Source: a virus
Lineage: Duplodnaviria > Caudoviricetes
Virus record (IMG/VR): IMGVR_UViG_3300027985_000695
Span: 1 to 63,746 of that record
Strand: one strand, 5' to 3'
Length of the DNA stretch: 63,746 bases
Position numbers and translations under genes: made by a program. Below the pieces are notes generated by a model. That model did not search any database. It saw nothing but the letters and a program-made list of their open reading frames with translations, and was not told the DNA's origin. Below, piece by piece: positions 35,458-44,659 of this stretch (the first letter of the stretch is position 1; each line of letters begins with the position of its first letter).

Positions 35458-35486
35458 ACAGTACATATCCATATATACTTTGTCAA
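35458..35486 (-). promoter_or_regulatory. Sigma70-type promoter for the Y RNA/Ro60 operon
   Basis: TTGACA-17 nt-TACTGT; the predicted +1 (about 35451) coincides with the 5' end of YrlA. Confidence 0.8.
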
Positions 35487-35509
35487 CGGTTTTTTGAAAA
35501 AAGTTATCC

Positions 35510-35764
35510 TTAAAAGTCAACAGGTTGCGCGTTCTTACCGCCCGCTTGGGTCAGGCGTACCTCGTCCTTGCTCCATGAGCACAGGTCGCCCTCCCTGTGA
35601 TTGCGGTGATGGATGTTCCAAGCAACAGCGCATGTCTGCGGCCATAGGCACTTGCCGTCGCGACACTGTGTACACCATTCCTTGCAGAAGTCGGCAAGAT
35701 GCTTTCGCATGTACACGACGCTATGGTGCATCTTCCCAAGCTCGCGACGAACTGTCTTACTCAA
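35510..35764 (-). CDS. Small Cys-rich hypothetical protein (start uncertain)
   Basis: Fills the gap after the 35757 stop; several Cys pairs. Confidence 0.5.
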   Translation of the reverse strand: MSKTVRRELGKMHHSVVYMRKHLADFCKEWCTQCRDGKCLWPQTCAVAWNIHHRNHREGDLCSWSKDEVRLTQAGGKNAQPVDF

Positions 35765-36293
35765 CGGTCGCGGGCGAGGCATCGGCGTATGCATCCTCGA
35801 TGTATGCCATGATGTCGGCGTAGTAGCCGTTAACCTGCATGTCGGTAAACCCTCGACGCTCAAGCTCCATCGTGGCGGCCCTGTTTGTAAGATCGTCATC
35901 GTCAAACAGCGCAAGCCTTATAAGTTGCGCGTTCGTGACGTTGCTAAAGGTGCTCTCAAGGAACTTCTCGTTGTTCTCGCATCTTGCGTATGTCGGCCTG
36001 TCATCGCTGCCGAGGCCATGCTTCTGGTAGGCAAGCAGGAACATCATGTTGCACATGGCGTGTGCAAGATGGTTCAGGCCGCTCTCAGGGTCAATGTCCT
36101 CGCCAAAGAGCCACGACTCCATGTGCCTCTTGGCGGCGTCGTAGCAGCGCGTCCAGTCCATGCCGCCGGTCCAGTTGTAGTCGCCGTACTTGTCCGCGCC
36201 CATCATCAACACGCGCACCAACTCGTCGATGGCTTCCTTGTCGAGAAGGTGGTGTTTCAGCTTTCCGTAGTCGAACTTGTTCGCATCAGACAT
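35757..36293 (-). CDS. dATP/dGTP diphosphohydrolase-domain protein (DUF5664-like)
   Basis: KFDYGK..LL....GADKYGDYNW..G..W...YDAA.RH...W..GEDIDPESGLNHLAHAMCN. Confidence 0.88.
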   Translation of the reverse strand: MSDANKFDYGKLKHHLLDKEAIDELVRVLMMGADKYGDYNWTGGMDWTRCYDAAKRHMESWLFGEDIDPESGLNHLAHAMCNMMFLLAYQKHGLGSDDRPTYARCENNEKFLESTFSNVTNAQLIRLALFDDDDLTNRAATMELERRGFTDMQVNGYYADIMAYIEDAYADASPATVE

Positions 36294-36304
36294 GTTGCTC
36301 TCCT

Positions 36305-36784
36305 TTATTCTTCTGCAATGTTTGTCGTGCGCCACGATGCGCGCCCGTGGTTCTTGTCCCTGCAATCCGTAAATCCGACAGCCCATGCTTTGCGCAACTC
36401 GGAGTCGTCGGTTAATCCTGCATACGGATTGTCGGTGTACAGGTCTTCGCCGGCCTGGCATGCCGTGCGTCCTTCATCAACGGCATCGGAAATCATCTTT
36501 TCGCGCACTCTCAAAATCTCGGCGCGAATGCAACGTTCGATGACGCACAGGTTGTTCGTGTTTATGTCGGCGTGGTTGTTGAAGTCGATGATGATGAAGT
36601 CGCCGCACACGGTGCTCTCTGTCCCGTCCACCGATATTTCGCCGTGAGACGCCACCATTTCCATGAGCATACGAGAAAGCGCGATGGAGTTGATGTCGTG
36701 GACATTGACGTTGATCTCTCCGAGTTCAACCTCGAATGCCATCTTGACGTTGCTGCGGTGTATTTTGAAGCGATCCCCTTCCAT
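36305..36784 (-). CDS. Hypothetical protein with an Rmf-like C-terminal motif
   Basis: EGR.A......NPY.......KAWAVGF. Confidence 0.6.
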   Translation of the reverse strand: MEGDRFKIHRSNVKMAFEVELGEINVNVHDINSIALSRMLMEMVASHGEISVDGTESTVCGDFIIIDFNNHADINTNNLCVIERCIRAEILRVREKMISDAVDEGRTACQAGEDLYTDNPYAGLTDDSELRKAWAVGFTDCRDKNHGRASWRTTNIAEE

Positions 36785-36785
36785 C

Positions 36786-37241
36786 CTATTCACCCCCTCC
36801 GTGATTCTTGCAGGTTATCTCGACTCCGCAAGGCGCCGGGGCGGGGATGTTCATCTCCTTGCGAACTTCCTGCGCAAGCGGCGCCTCCGCCCTGATGACG
36901 CCCTCAATCCCACACTCCGAGCATTTGAAGTAGACGCCGCCCTCTTCAACGAGGCGCTTGTGCTCCATGACCTCTTGCTCGCATGCCTCGCACAGCCCGC
37001 CGGGAAGGCGCTCGTTGTCCTCGATGCGATCCACCTTGCCGCCGCGCAGATTGGTCTTGCACTTCCCGCAGTTCTCTGACGGCCGTGAGCCAAAGTTGAC
37101 CGTGCCGCAGGACGGGCACGTGATCTTGTTCTTCCTGTTGCCGATGAGCATCAACTCGCGTCCATCGCCTCCGCAGCGCGGGCAATATGTGAGATGCGGG
37201 TTGACGCCGAGTTTCGGGTCAAGAGTAATGCTGCCGCTCAT
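36786..37241 (-). CDS. Zn-finger protein
   Basis: GVNPHLTYCPRCG and several CxxC pairs; RBS AGGGGG. Confidence 0.75.
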   Translation of the reverse strand: MSGSITLDPKLGVNPHLTYCPRCGGDGRELMLIGNRKNKITCPSCGTVNFGSRPSENCGKCKTNLRGGKVDRIEDNERLPGGLCEACEQEVMEHKRLVEEGGVYFKCSECGIEGVIRAEAPLAQEVRKEMNIPAPAPCGVEITCKNHGGGE

Positions 37242-37256
37242 GGTATCCCCCTGTGG

Positions 37257-37859
37257 TTACTGGTTTGCCGCTTCCATCGCGGCGAAAGGATCAATCGAAG
37301 AAGCCTGAGCATCCGGCGGCAGCATCCTGCCAAGTTCGGCGACAGACTTCTTGAACGCATCGCGTGTCTTCCTGGCGCTGACAGCTGCACGCTTCGCAAG
37401 GGCGGCGTTGTCGCCGCGCTTCTCAAGCTGCCGCGTATACTTTCTGCGGTTTGAGCAGAAATGAGAGCAGTACCGCTGCGTCGGAGTCCTCTTGACGAAC
37501 GGATCGCCGCACACCAAGCACTCGGCGTCAGGTTCTTTCTGCTTTGCGACCTTGTTGCGGTATGCGATTGCGCAGGTGCAGCAGCAGAAGAATTGCGTCT
37601 TGCCCTTGACCTGATTCGTATAGCGCTCAAACTGCTTTCCGCAGTTTCCGCAGACGAGGCTCGTCATGGACCTCGGCTTGCGACCCTCTCCGCTTGCCTC
37701 GCGCTTCTTGGCCGTTCGCTTCATCAGCTTGATTGCGCATGCCGGCGAGCACGTCTTCTTTTTCTTCTGACGGTAGTTCGCGTAGAACTCCGCCCCACAT
37801 ATCTCGCAGATTCTCGTTTCAGTCTTGAGCACGCGCCCTCCTTTCCCTGGCCGACACAT
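37257..37859 (-). CDS. Repeated Zn-ribbon (CxxCG..F...CS..C) DNA-binding-like protein
   Basis: Three CxxC...C-x3-C units. Confidence 0.7.
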   Translation of the reverse strand: MCRPGKGGRVLKTETRICEICGAEFYANYRQKKKKTCSPACAIKLMKRTAKKREASGEGRKPRSMTSLVCGNCGKQFERYTNQVKGKTQFFCCCTCAIAYRNKVAKQKEPDAECLVCGDPFVKRTPTQRYCSHFCSNRRKYTRQLEKRGDNAALAKRAAVSARKTRDAFKKSVAELGRMLPPDAQASSIDPFAAMEAANQ

Positions 37860-38184
37860 CGACTACGCAGCCACAGGCGGGGCAGATGAATTTTCCGTCT
37901 ACGGAATCGTAGAACATAGGTATTCTGCCTCCCCATGACGCGCACTCCGAGCACAGCCGTTTCGATTTCGTGAGACGCCAGCAGAACTCGGCGTCCATTT
38001 CCTCAGAGCATTCGTCGCCGGACATGCGGCACTTGTAGCCGGGTTCGTCGCCGGGATAGTATCTGCCCCACATCGACTCAGGGACTCCGTTATCCCTCGG
38101 CTGACGCCACCCCTTGTAGTACCTTTGGAATTGACATTCGTCCGGGTCGAGGATAGCCTTCAGGCTGAACGCTGTCGTGACCAT
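37819..38184 (-). CDS. Cys-rich hypothetical protein
   Basis: RBS AGGAG before ATG 38184; CxxC pairs. Confidence 0.6.
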   Translation of the reverse strand: MVTTAFSLKAILDPDECQFQRYYKGWRQPRDNGVPESMWGRYYPGDEPGYKCRMSGDECSEEMDAEFCWRLTKSKRLCSECASWGGRIPMFYDSVDGKFICPACGCVVDVSARERRARAQD

Positions 38185-38243
38185 TTGTTGAACTCCTTTG
38201 GCGGGAAGCCCAGTCGAGCCAAGCGACTGGGCTTCTTCCGTTT

Positions 38244-38474
38244 TCAGCACACCCTGATTCTTGCGACGGCGCTGCTGTCGATATCCACAACGGCGTCGTG
38301 GTGTCCGAGCCTGAACACCGTTGATCTGATTGCGCTTTTGACCTGCGCAAGCGTTCCCTGCGTTATCATCTTCTTGTTGCTCGGCGGCGGGAGGATCAAC
38401 TCGACCTCGACCCATCCGTTCGCCTTGGCGCCGTGCGCCTTCTCCCAACACTCGGAGTTTACGATGATGCTCAT
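38244..38474 (-). CDS. Hypothetical protein
   Basis: RBS AAGGGGG before ATG 38474. Confidence 0.55.
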   Translation of the reverse strand: MSIIVNSECWEKAHGAKANGWVEVELILPPPSNKKMITQGTLAQVKSAIRSTVFRLGHHDAVVDIDSSAVARIRVC

Positions 38475-38543
38475 AAAAACCCCCTTGCCTTGATGACGAG
38501 GTATATGGCAGCAGCTATGCACGCCATCACCAGCGCCAGGTCT

Positions 38544-38870
38544 TTAATGTTGCATGTCGGAGTTTTCATCGATCTTCACCGACATTGAGATGTGTTCTTC
38601 AAGCGATGCGATGATTTCGGAAGGCGGAACGCTTTCCAGCTTGAAAACCATGATGCCGACGAGATGCATAATCACCTCGTCTCTGAGCATCAACGTGGCT
38701 ATTACCCTCGCGATCTCATGCGTCGGCATGCAAGAGATGCAAGTCATGACTCCATCATCGTTGCAGGACATGAGGAAGAACATGTTGCTGTCGCCGACCT
38801 TCTTTGAAGCTTCCTTCTTCATTGATTCTATGATGCCGTGGATTCTCGGATCATCACTCGAAATTTCCAT
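38544..38870 (-). CDS. Hypothetical protein (first gene of the leftward block)
   Basis: RBS AGGGG before ATG 38870. Confidence 0.65.
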   Translation of the reverse strand: MEISSDDPRIHGIIESMKKEASKKVGDSNMFFLMSCNDDGVMTCISCMPTHEIARVIATLMLRDEVIMHLVGIMVFKLESVPPSEIIASLEEHISMSVKIDENSDMQH

Positions 38871-39009
38871 AATAGCCCCTTTCCCCGGCCCTATTATAAG
38901 GATGCGGCGCGGGCCGCTCCCGCCGCTCCCTGAGAACAAGCCCCGTATACCATAATTGCATTTTTTTGTAAAGAACTTGGAAAAATTTGCTATAAATTTG
39001 AAAAACCCC

Positions 39010-39038
39010 TTGACTCCCGCCCGCTTTTCCCGTATGTT
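39010..39038 (+). promoter_or_regulatory. Sigma70-type promoter in the divergent control region
   Basis: TTGACT-17 nt-TATGTT with an AT-rich upstream tract; +1 falls at about 39045. Confidence 0.7.
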
Positions 39039-39044
39039 CCGCCC

Positions 39045-39443
39045 ATGAGAAGGGGATATGCAAAGAATACAAGAGGTCAGGGGCTGCATGAGCGTCAACC
39101 GCGCAACGCGGTAGAGTATTACTCCGCTCTATATGGCTTCACGCAGGCGCAGCTTGCACGTATCGTCGGCTTGCCTCGGTGTTCCATAAAGAAGTTCATA
39201 GACAATACCGATGGCATGACGTTGCGTTCAGTGTTGACGTTCTCTGAAGCTATGGGCATCAACCCCATCGAGTTCTTTGCAACCGAGTTGATGTTTATGC
39301 GCGCCCGCAACTTTGCCGAAGTCACCGCGCCTGAGTTTGAGGATGGCGACGACGAGGTTCTCACCTTCCGTGGCCACGACGACAAGCGCGATGATCCCGA
39401 AGCAGGGAAGCCGAAAGCCGGAGAGCAGTTGACCCTAATCTAA
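39045..39443 (+). CDS. XRE-family HTH transcriptional regulator
   Basis: GFTQAQLARIVGLPRCSIKKF..MTLRSVLTFSEAMGINPIEFF. Confidence 0.8.
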   Translation: MRRGYAKNTRGQGLHERQPRNAVEYYSALYGFTQAQLARIVGLPRCSIKKFIDNTDGMTLRSVLTFSEAMGINPIEFFATELMFMRARNFAEVTAPEFEDGDDEVLTFRGHDDKRDDPEAGKPKAGEQLTLI

Positions 39444-39452
39444 GGAGCGAGC

Positions 39453-41117
39453 ATGGAGTTTCTACAGATCGGCGACGGCCGCATAGGCGTTCGTTGCCCG
39501 TTCGGACTCAACCCGATAATGCGCAGCATCCGAGGCGCCGAGTGGCAGAACGAACTCAAGGCGTGGATGGTTCCATGCGACGAGGCGACCGCCGGAGCGA
39601 TTATAGACGGGCTTGGCGACGTAGCGGTCAAGAAGGCGAAAAACGCGGCTCTCGTGACCGATTTGGCCCCGAAGGCGCGGGGCGTCGTCAGGGAGTTTCC
39701 AAGCGAGTTGCCGAACCTGCCGGATATCAACAAGGAAGCCTGGCGTCACCAGCGCGAAGCCTTCCATGTTGCAAGAAACGCTCCGTCATGCAAGGCGCAT
39801 AATGGATCGTACCTTGCTATGGACATGGGCACAGGCAAGTCGCTCACGACCATCGGCCTCATAAACCAAGCAATCAACGATGCCACAGGGGGGTTCAAGG
39901 CGCTCATTTCGTGCCCGAAGAGCGTCATCGACGTATGGCCGCATGAATTTACAAAGCACAGCGAGCGCGACGACTACATCATACACCCGATGAACGGCTC
40001 AGGCACGATCAAGAAGAAGACCGAGCGCGCATACACGGCAGCTGTCAAGGCGAAGTCTAGCGGAAGGCCGCTCATCCTCGTAGGCAACTACGACATGATA
40101 TGGAGACCGCCGTTCGGCGACTGGGCGAGGAAAATGGCATGGGACATGGTAATCGGCGACGAGGGGCACAAGCTGAAGAGTCCTACCGGGCGCGCATCGC
40201 GCTACTTCAAGGACTTGGGCAAACTGGTCCGCATGCGCCTTCTCTTGTCGGGGACGCCTATGCCGCACTCGCCGCTCGACTTGTTCGCGCAGTTGCGCTT
40301 CCTGGCGCCGAAGATTTTAGGATGGAGCTACACGGCTTTCAAGAACGAGTACGCCGTGATGAGCCAGTTCAACCAGCACCAAGTCATCGGCTACCGTAAC
40401 CAGCAAAAGCTTGCAATGCTGTTCGGAGCCATCGCCTACTACGTCAACAAGCGCGACTGCCTTGACCTCCCCCCTGTGGAGGACGTCACGGTAAACGTTC
40501 AGCTTGAGCCGAAGACGGCGAAGCAGTACCGGCTGCTTGAGCGCGACATGCACCTTCAGCTTGAGCGAGGCGAAGTCACCGCAGCGAACGCGCTCGTCAA
40601 GCTTTTGAGATTGCAGCAGCTTGCCGCAGGGTTTCTCAAGACCGACGATGATCGCATCGTTGAGATAGGCGGCGAGAAGGAGTCAGCGCTTCTTGAGATC
40701 ATCGACAGCATCCCGTCGTATGAACCGTTTGTGACGTTTTGCAGGTTCCACACGGACCTCGACGCGGTTGCAAGGTGCTCAGAGAAGCTTGGACGCACAT
40801 GCGGAGAGTTGTCGGGAAGGCGCAACGACCTTGCGGCCTGGCAGCGTGGAGAATTCGATGACCTCGCCGTCCAGATTCAAGCCGGCGGCGTCGGCATAGA
40901 CCTGACTAGGGCATGTTATGGAGCGTATTACACGCTCGGCTACTCGCTTGGCGAATACGAGCAGTCGAGGGCGCGCCTTGACAGACCGGGGCAAACCCGC
41001 CCTGTGACGTACTATCACCTTATTGCCGCAGGAACGGTGGACGAGCGCGTTTATTCAGCGCTCTCATCCCGTGAAGAGGTGATCGGCTACGTTATCAACC
41101 AAATGCGGCATGCATAA
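39453..41117 (+). CDS. SNF2-family helicase
   Basis: AMDMGTGKS, DEGH, LSGTP, AGGVGIDLT, QSRARLDRPGQ. Confidence 0.93.
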   Translation: MEFLQIGDGRIGVRCPFGLNPIMRSIRGAEWQNELKAWMVPCDEATAGAIIDGLGDVAVKKAKNAALVTDLAPKARGVVREFPSELPNLPDINKEAWRHQREAFHVARNAPSCKAHNGSYLAMDMGTGKSLTTIGLINQAINDATGGFKALISCPKSVIDVWPHEFTKHSERDDYIIHPMNGSGTIKKKTERAYTAAVKAKSSGRPLILVGNYDMIWRPPFGDWARKMAWDMVIGDEGHKLKSPTGRASRYFKDLGKLVRMRLLLSGTPMPHSPLDLFAQLRFLAPKILGWSYTAFKNEYAVMSQFNQHQVIGYRNQQKLAMLFGAIAYYVNKRDCLDLPPVEDVTVNVQLEPKTAKQYRLLERDMHLQLERGEVTAANALVKLLRLQQLAAGFLKTDDDRIVEIGGEKESALLEIIDSIPSYEPFVTFCRFHTDLDAVARCSEKLGRTCGELSGRRNDLAAWQRGEFDDLAVQIQAGGVGIDLTRACYGAYYTLGYSLGEYEQSRARLDRPGQTRPVTYYHLIAAGTVDERVYSALSSREEVIGYVINQMRHA

Positions 41118-41466
41118 GGAGAGCGACATGAGCGGTGAAGAAGTCAAGACGCATGAGAGCGAGAGCGTCGATCTGAGCGGGATGGACACTGGAGCGCAGA
41201 ATGCGCACATGGAAGCGACGATGGACGGAGCCATCGCCTCCATCAACAAAATCAGGGAAGAGGGCAAGGCAGGTAAACACGTGTCCATGTTTTGCGTGGC
41301 CGTGTCCGCAAACGACGACGGCACGCTTTGTCTCGAACACCATGCAGGCGGTGAGATGGTTCATCTCGCCAACGTGTTTGCGAGATTGATGGTCAGCAAC
41401 CCCAACTTCGTTTCCGCGCTGGCGATGGCGTCTCACATCTGCAACTCCATGCAAGGAGAAGAGTAA
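41110..41466 (+). CDS. Hypothetical protein
   Basis: ORF in a tightly packed operon; may start at 41128. Confidence 0.65.
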   Translation: MHKESDMSGEEVKTHESESVDLSGMDTGAQNAHMEATMDGAIASINKIREEGKAGKHVSMFCVAVSANDDGTLCLEHHAGGEMVHLANVFARLMVSNPNFVSALAMASHICNSMQGEE

Positions 41467-41468
41467 CC

Positions 41469-41825
41469 ATGAGCGAGTTTAAGGAAGAGCACAGGGAGAA
41501 GATGACAAAGGTCCGTTCGGAGACTCGCCCAAGCGTAACGTCCGACGATGAGCTCGACGAGTTCATCGCCGACTTGCAGAACGCCAAGGGAACCGGCCCG
41601 TCCGTCCTGATGCTGGTACTCGTTCCTGACAAGAACGATGACAAAAAGACTCAGTCGCATTTCAGGATTTCCGGCATCGGGACCGAAATCATCAGCGGCC
41701 TCGCAAACGCGCTCGGACAAAGTGACTACTTCGAGGAGATCGTGAGCGAGGCGGTAAAGCGTCACATGATGGAAACCATCGTGCCCCGCATGATGGGACA
41801 GAAGGAGGAACGAAATGCCGAATAG
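41469..41825 (+). CDS. Hypothetical protein
   Basis: RBS and tight gene packing. Confidence 0.7.
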   Translation: MSEFKEEHREKMTKVRSETRPSVTSDDELDEFIADLQNAKGTGPSVLMLVLVPDKNDDKKTQSHFRISGIGTEIISGLANALGQSDYFEEIVSEAVKRHMMETIVPRMMGQKEERNAE

Positions 41826-42276
41826 CGACGACATGATGGTCAACCTTAAGCGATTCTCGGCGCTTGCGACGCGCAAGGCCGTCCTCGAAAGCGAACTCGA
41901 CGAGGTCAAGAAGGACATGAAGGCGCTCGAAGAGGTCGTCATCAACGACATGGACAACTTCGGCCTAGAACGCCCCGTGGTCGATGGCCGCTGCATCTTC
42001 AAGCGCGTGGACATCAGGGCGGGGGCAAGGAGCGGCGATGGCAACAAGGAAGCGCTCATCGAAGGCTTGAAGGCCGTGGCGCCCGCACTCATCAAGGAAG
42101 GCTACAACGCCAACTCGCTGGCCGCGTGGGTGCGCGAGATCGTTCGCGACTACCGCGACCAGGAGGGCCAGGAAACGGCGCCGATGGAAGACATCCTCAA
42201 GACCTTCCCGCCCGAGGTGCGCGACGTGCTGGCAATCCATGAAATCCCGACGCTCTCCACAAGGGTTGCGTCTTAA
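41815..42276 (+). CDS. Hypothetical coiled-coil phage protein
   Basis: RBS GGAGG; strong codon bias. Confidence 0.75.
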   Translation: MPNSDDMMVNLKRFSALATRKAVLESELDEVKKDMKALEEVVINDMDNFGLERPVVDGRCIFKRVDIRAGARSGDGNKEALIEGLKAVAPALIKEGYNANSLAAWVREIVRDYRDQEGQETAPMEDILKTFPPEVRDVLAIHEIPTLSTRVAS

Positions 42277-42296
42277 CACCAAAAGGAGCGACAACA

Positions 42297-42746
42297 ATGG
42301 CTGATGTGAAACAACTCTCGCTTGCAAATATCGGAAACGGCGCGGCTGTGGCTCTTTTCGATGAGCAGTTGCAGAAGGTGCTCGACAACATCAAGGACTT
42401 GGACACCCCCGCCGAAGCCGTGCGCGAGGTGGCCATCGTCGTGAAGATCAAACCGAACATCAACCGCAACATGGCCGATATCGCCTACGTGGCCGACTGC
42501 AAGCTGGCGAGACGTTCACCGCTTGCCAGCAACATCCTGATCGACAGGAAGAAGTCAGGCCAGGTGATCGCCGCCGAGATGCTTGCCGGCGGCCTCGACC
42601 CCGACAGGGCGCTGATTCCCGGCGTCGAGGAAGAGGTCGAGCGACTGCATATGAACCCTCCCACCGTCAAGGTCGTCGGAGGACGCAAGCAGCAGCGGCC
42701 CGCGAAAGAGTCGAAGACGATTGACGTCGAAGCCGCCGAAGCTTAA
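42297..42746 (+). CDS. Conserved phage protein (first of a common gene pair)
   Basis: GAAVALFDEQLQKVLDNIKD..T.A...REV.I.VKIKP. Confidence 0.75.
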   Translation: MADVKQLSLANIGNGAAVALFDEQLQKVLDNIKDLDTPAEAVREVAIVVKIKPNINRNMADIAYVADCKLARRSPLASNILIDRKKSGQVIAAEMLAGGLDPDRALIPGVEEEVERLHMNPPTVKVVGGRKQQRPAKESKTIDVEAAEA

Positions 42747-42774
42747 TCGGCAACAACATAAAGGAGTTTGATTC

Positions 42775-43524
42775 ATGGAATACGACATCAAGGAAGCCCT
42801 GGAGTTCATGCACGAAACCGGCAAGGAAACGCAGCGACTGCGCATGATCGACCCGCAGGAGTTCACGTTCCAGGGGCGCACGTTCGTCACCAACTCTGAA
42901 CGGTGCCGCGAAATCAGCCAGCGCGATTATCCGAAGGTCGAAATCTCGACCCTCAAAGGCGCCGTTGACTCCATCGTGGCCATCGGCGCCGGGACTGATT
43001 ACAGCGACATGATGGTGGTCGTCGAATCCTCCCGCGTCGTCAGCGTCGTTTCCCGCATCGTTGGCGACGCGAGAATCCGCGACACGTTCGTGGAGGCCGT
43101 GGCCGACACGCATCGCATGCCGACCTGCCATCTCAACCAGGAGGATTTCATCATCGCCATCAACACCTGCTTTGAGCCTGATGAAACCACCGAGACGCTG
43201 ATCAAGATCATCGGCTCTCTCAAGCAGGAATCCTCCGTGCAGCAGGACGACGACGGCATGAGCTCCAAGGTTCTGGTGCGCGACGGCATCATCTCCAACG
43301 CCGAGGTCACGCTCAAGAACCCAGTCACCCTGACGCCGCGGGCCTCGTTCCATGACGTTGACAACATCGAGCGCGAGTACATCCTCCGCATTCACAAGGG
43401 GCTGGAAGTCTCGCTGGTCCCGTGCAACGAGGAATGGGAACCGCTGATGAAGGCCAACGTCATGGCCCGCATCAAGGCTCTCATGGCCGAAGCGAACATC
43501 GACGGCATTCCTGTCGTGATGTAG
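42775..43524 (+). CDS. Conserved phage protein (second of the pair)
   Basis: QEDFIIA..DDDG.S..V..R.G....V.LKNPVTL.PR.SF. Confidence 0.75.
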   Translation: MEYDIKEALEFMHETGKETQRLRMIDPQEFTFQGRTFVTNSERCREISQRDYPKVEISTLKGAVDSIVAIGAGTDYSDMMVVVESSRVVSVVSRIVGDARIRDTFVEAVADTHRMPTCHLNQEDFIIAINTCFEPDETTETLIKIIGSLKQESSVQQDDDGMSSKVLVRDGIISNAEVTLKNPVTLTPRASFHDVDNIEREYILRIHKGLEVSLVPCNEEWEPLMKANVMARIKALMAEANIDGIPVVM

Positions 43525-43585
43525 CGATACCACAGGGGGAGGACGGCCTCCCCCTCAACCTTCAACACATTGAACGAGGATTACA

Positions 43586-44350
43586 ATGAATCAGAGCACC
43601 ACTGAAATCGCCACCATCGACCCGGCCATTCTGCCCGCCATCGCGCAGGAGTACAAAATCTTCAGCCCCGAAGCGGCCGAGGCCATCGAGGTCATGCAGG
43701 TCAACACCGACGGCGACACCATGAGCGTCAGCGACCTGCCCCGCGTCAAATGCCCCTCCGGCGGCGGCGTGATGTGGGAGTTGCCCGAGACCGACGACAA
43801 GGGCAACCCCGACACCGTGAAGGAGCTCGACGGCATCATCCTGTTCGCCCAGTATTCCCGCGCCTACTGGGAGAAGGAGTACGGCACCAAGGACGCGAGC
43901 ATTCAACCCGACTGCTCGTCCTACAACGGCCTGGAAGGCGTCGGCAATCCCGGCGGCCTGTGCCAGCACTGCCCGCTGAACGCCTACGAGACCGCCTCCA
44001 AGGGAAGCGGCAAGGCTTGCAAGGAGTTTCAGATTCTCTTCTTCCTGCGCCAAGGCGACATCCTGCCGACCGTGCTGCGCGTGCCGCCGGCCAGCCTAAA
44101 GAACTTCAAGCGGTATCGCACCGTCACGCTCACCAACGCTGTGGCCTTCATGCACAACTGCCTCACCCGCATGACGCTCACCAAGACGAAGAACGACGAC
44201 GGCGTCGAGTACGCTGAGATCAATTTCGAGATGCTCGAAAAGCTTCCGCGTGAGGTCAAGGAATTCACCGGCAGCATGTCTCAGATGTTGCAGCCGCTGT
44301 TCAAGCGCATCATCGAAAGCGGATCCGCTTACGACGGCGCAAACGACTAA
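43586..44350 (+). CDS. Putative ssDNA-binding/recombination protein
   Basis: DLPRVK.PSGG, RAYW..PDCSS.NG..G..C..CPLN..GKACK, VPPASLK; highly biased codons. Confidence 0.6.
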   Translation: MNQSTTEIATIDPAILPAIAQEYKIFSPEAAEAIEVMQVNTDGDTMSVSDLPRVKCPSGGGVMWELPETDDKGNPDTVKELDGIILFAQYSRAYWEKEYGTKDASIQPDCSSYNGLEGVGNPGGLCQHCPLNAYETASKGSGKACKEFQILFFLRQGDILPTVLRVPPASLKNFKRYRTVTLTNAVAFMHNCLTRMTLTKTKNDDGVEYAEINFEMLEKLPREVKEFTGSMSQMLQPLFKRIIESGSAYDGAND

Positions 44351-44359
44351 CACGGCATC

Positions 44360-44642
44360 ATCGCATGAGTTCCCATAATCCTGGGTCGTTCAGCCTCATG
44401 CGATTGCAGCGGCGGGGAGTCGTTCCCCGCCGCTTATTGAGGGAGAGGCGACAAGCGCAACCGATGCGTTGCAGCGCAAATGTTGCGTGGCGATATTGGG
44501 GTTCACGGCTGCAACCGTGAGAAAAGAACATCGCCCTGATAAGCGAAGGTCCGGGTTGCCCGACCGGCTGCGTTCATAGCGCGGATAGTTTAAGAAGCGC
44601 CAGTCGCCTTTCCCTCCGATGCAGCGAACCATCGTTGCATCG
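44360..44642 (+). ncRNA. Candidate structured non-coding RNA(s)
   Basis: Four consecutive helical elements, including a 14-bp long-range stem 44439-44452/44603-44616; no convincing ORF. Confidence 0.45.
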
Positions 44643-44659
44643 CAAACACAGGAGCGAGC

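Noticed and set aside
35757-36293. 2-aminoadenine (Z) or deazaguanine genome modification pathway
   Set aside because: Only the diphosphohydrolase is present; I recognised no PurZ, queuosine-pathway genes or phage DNA polymerase.
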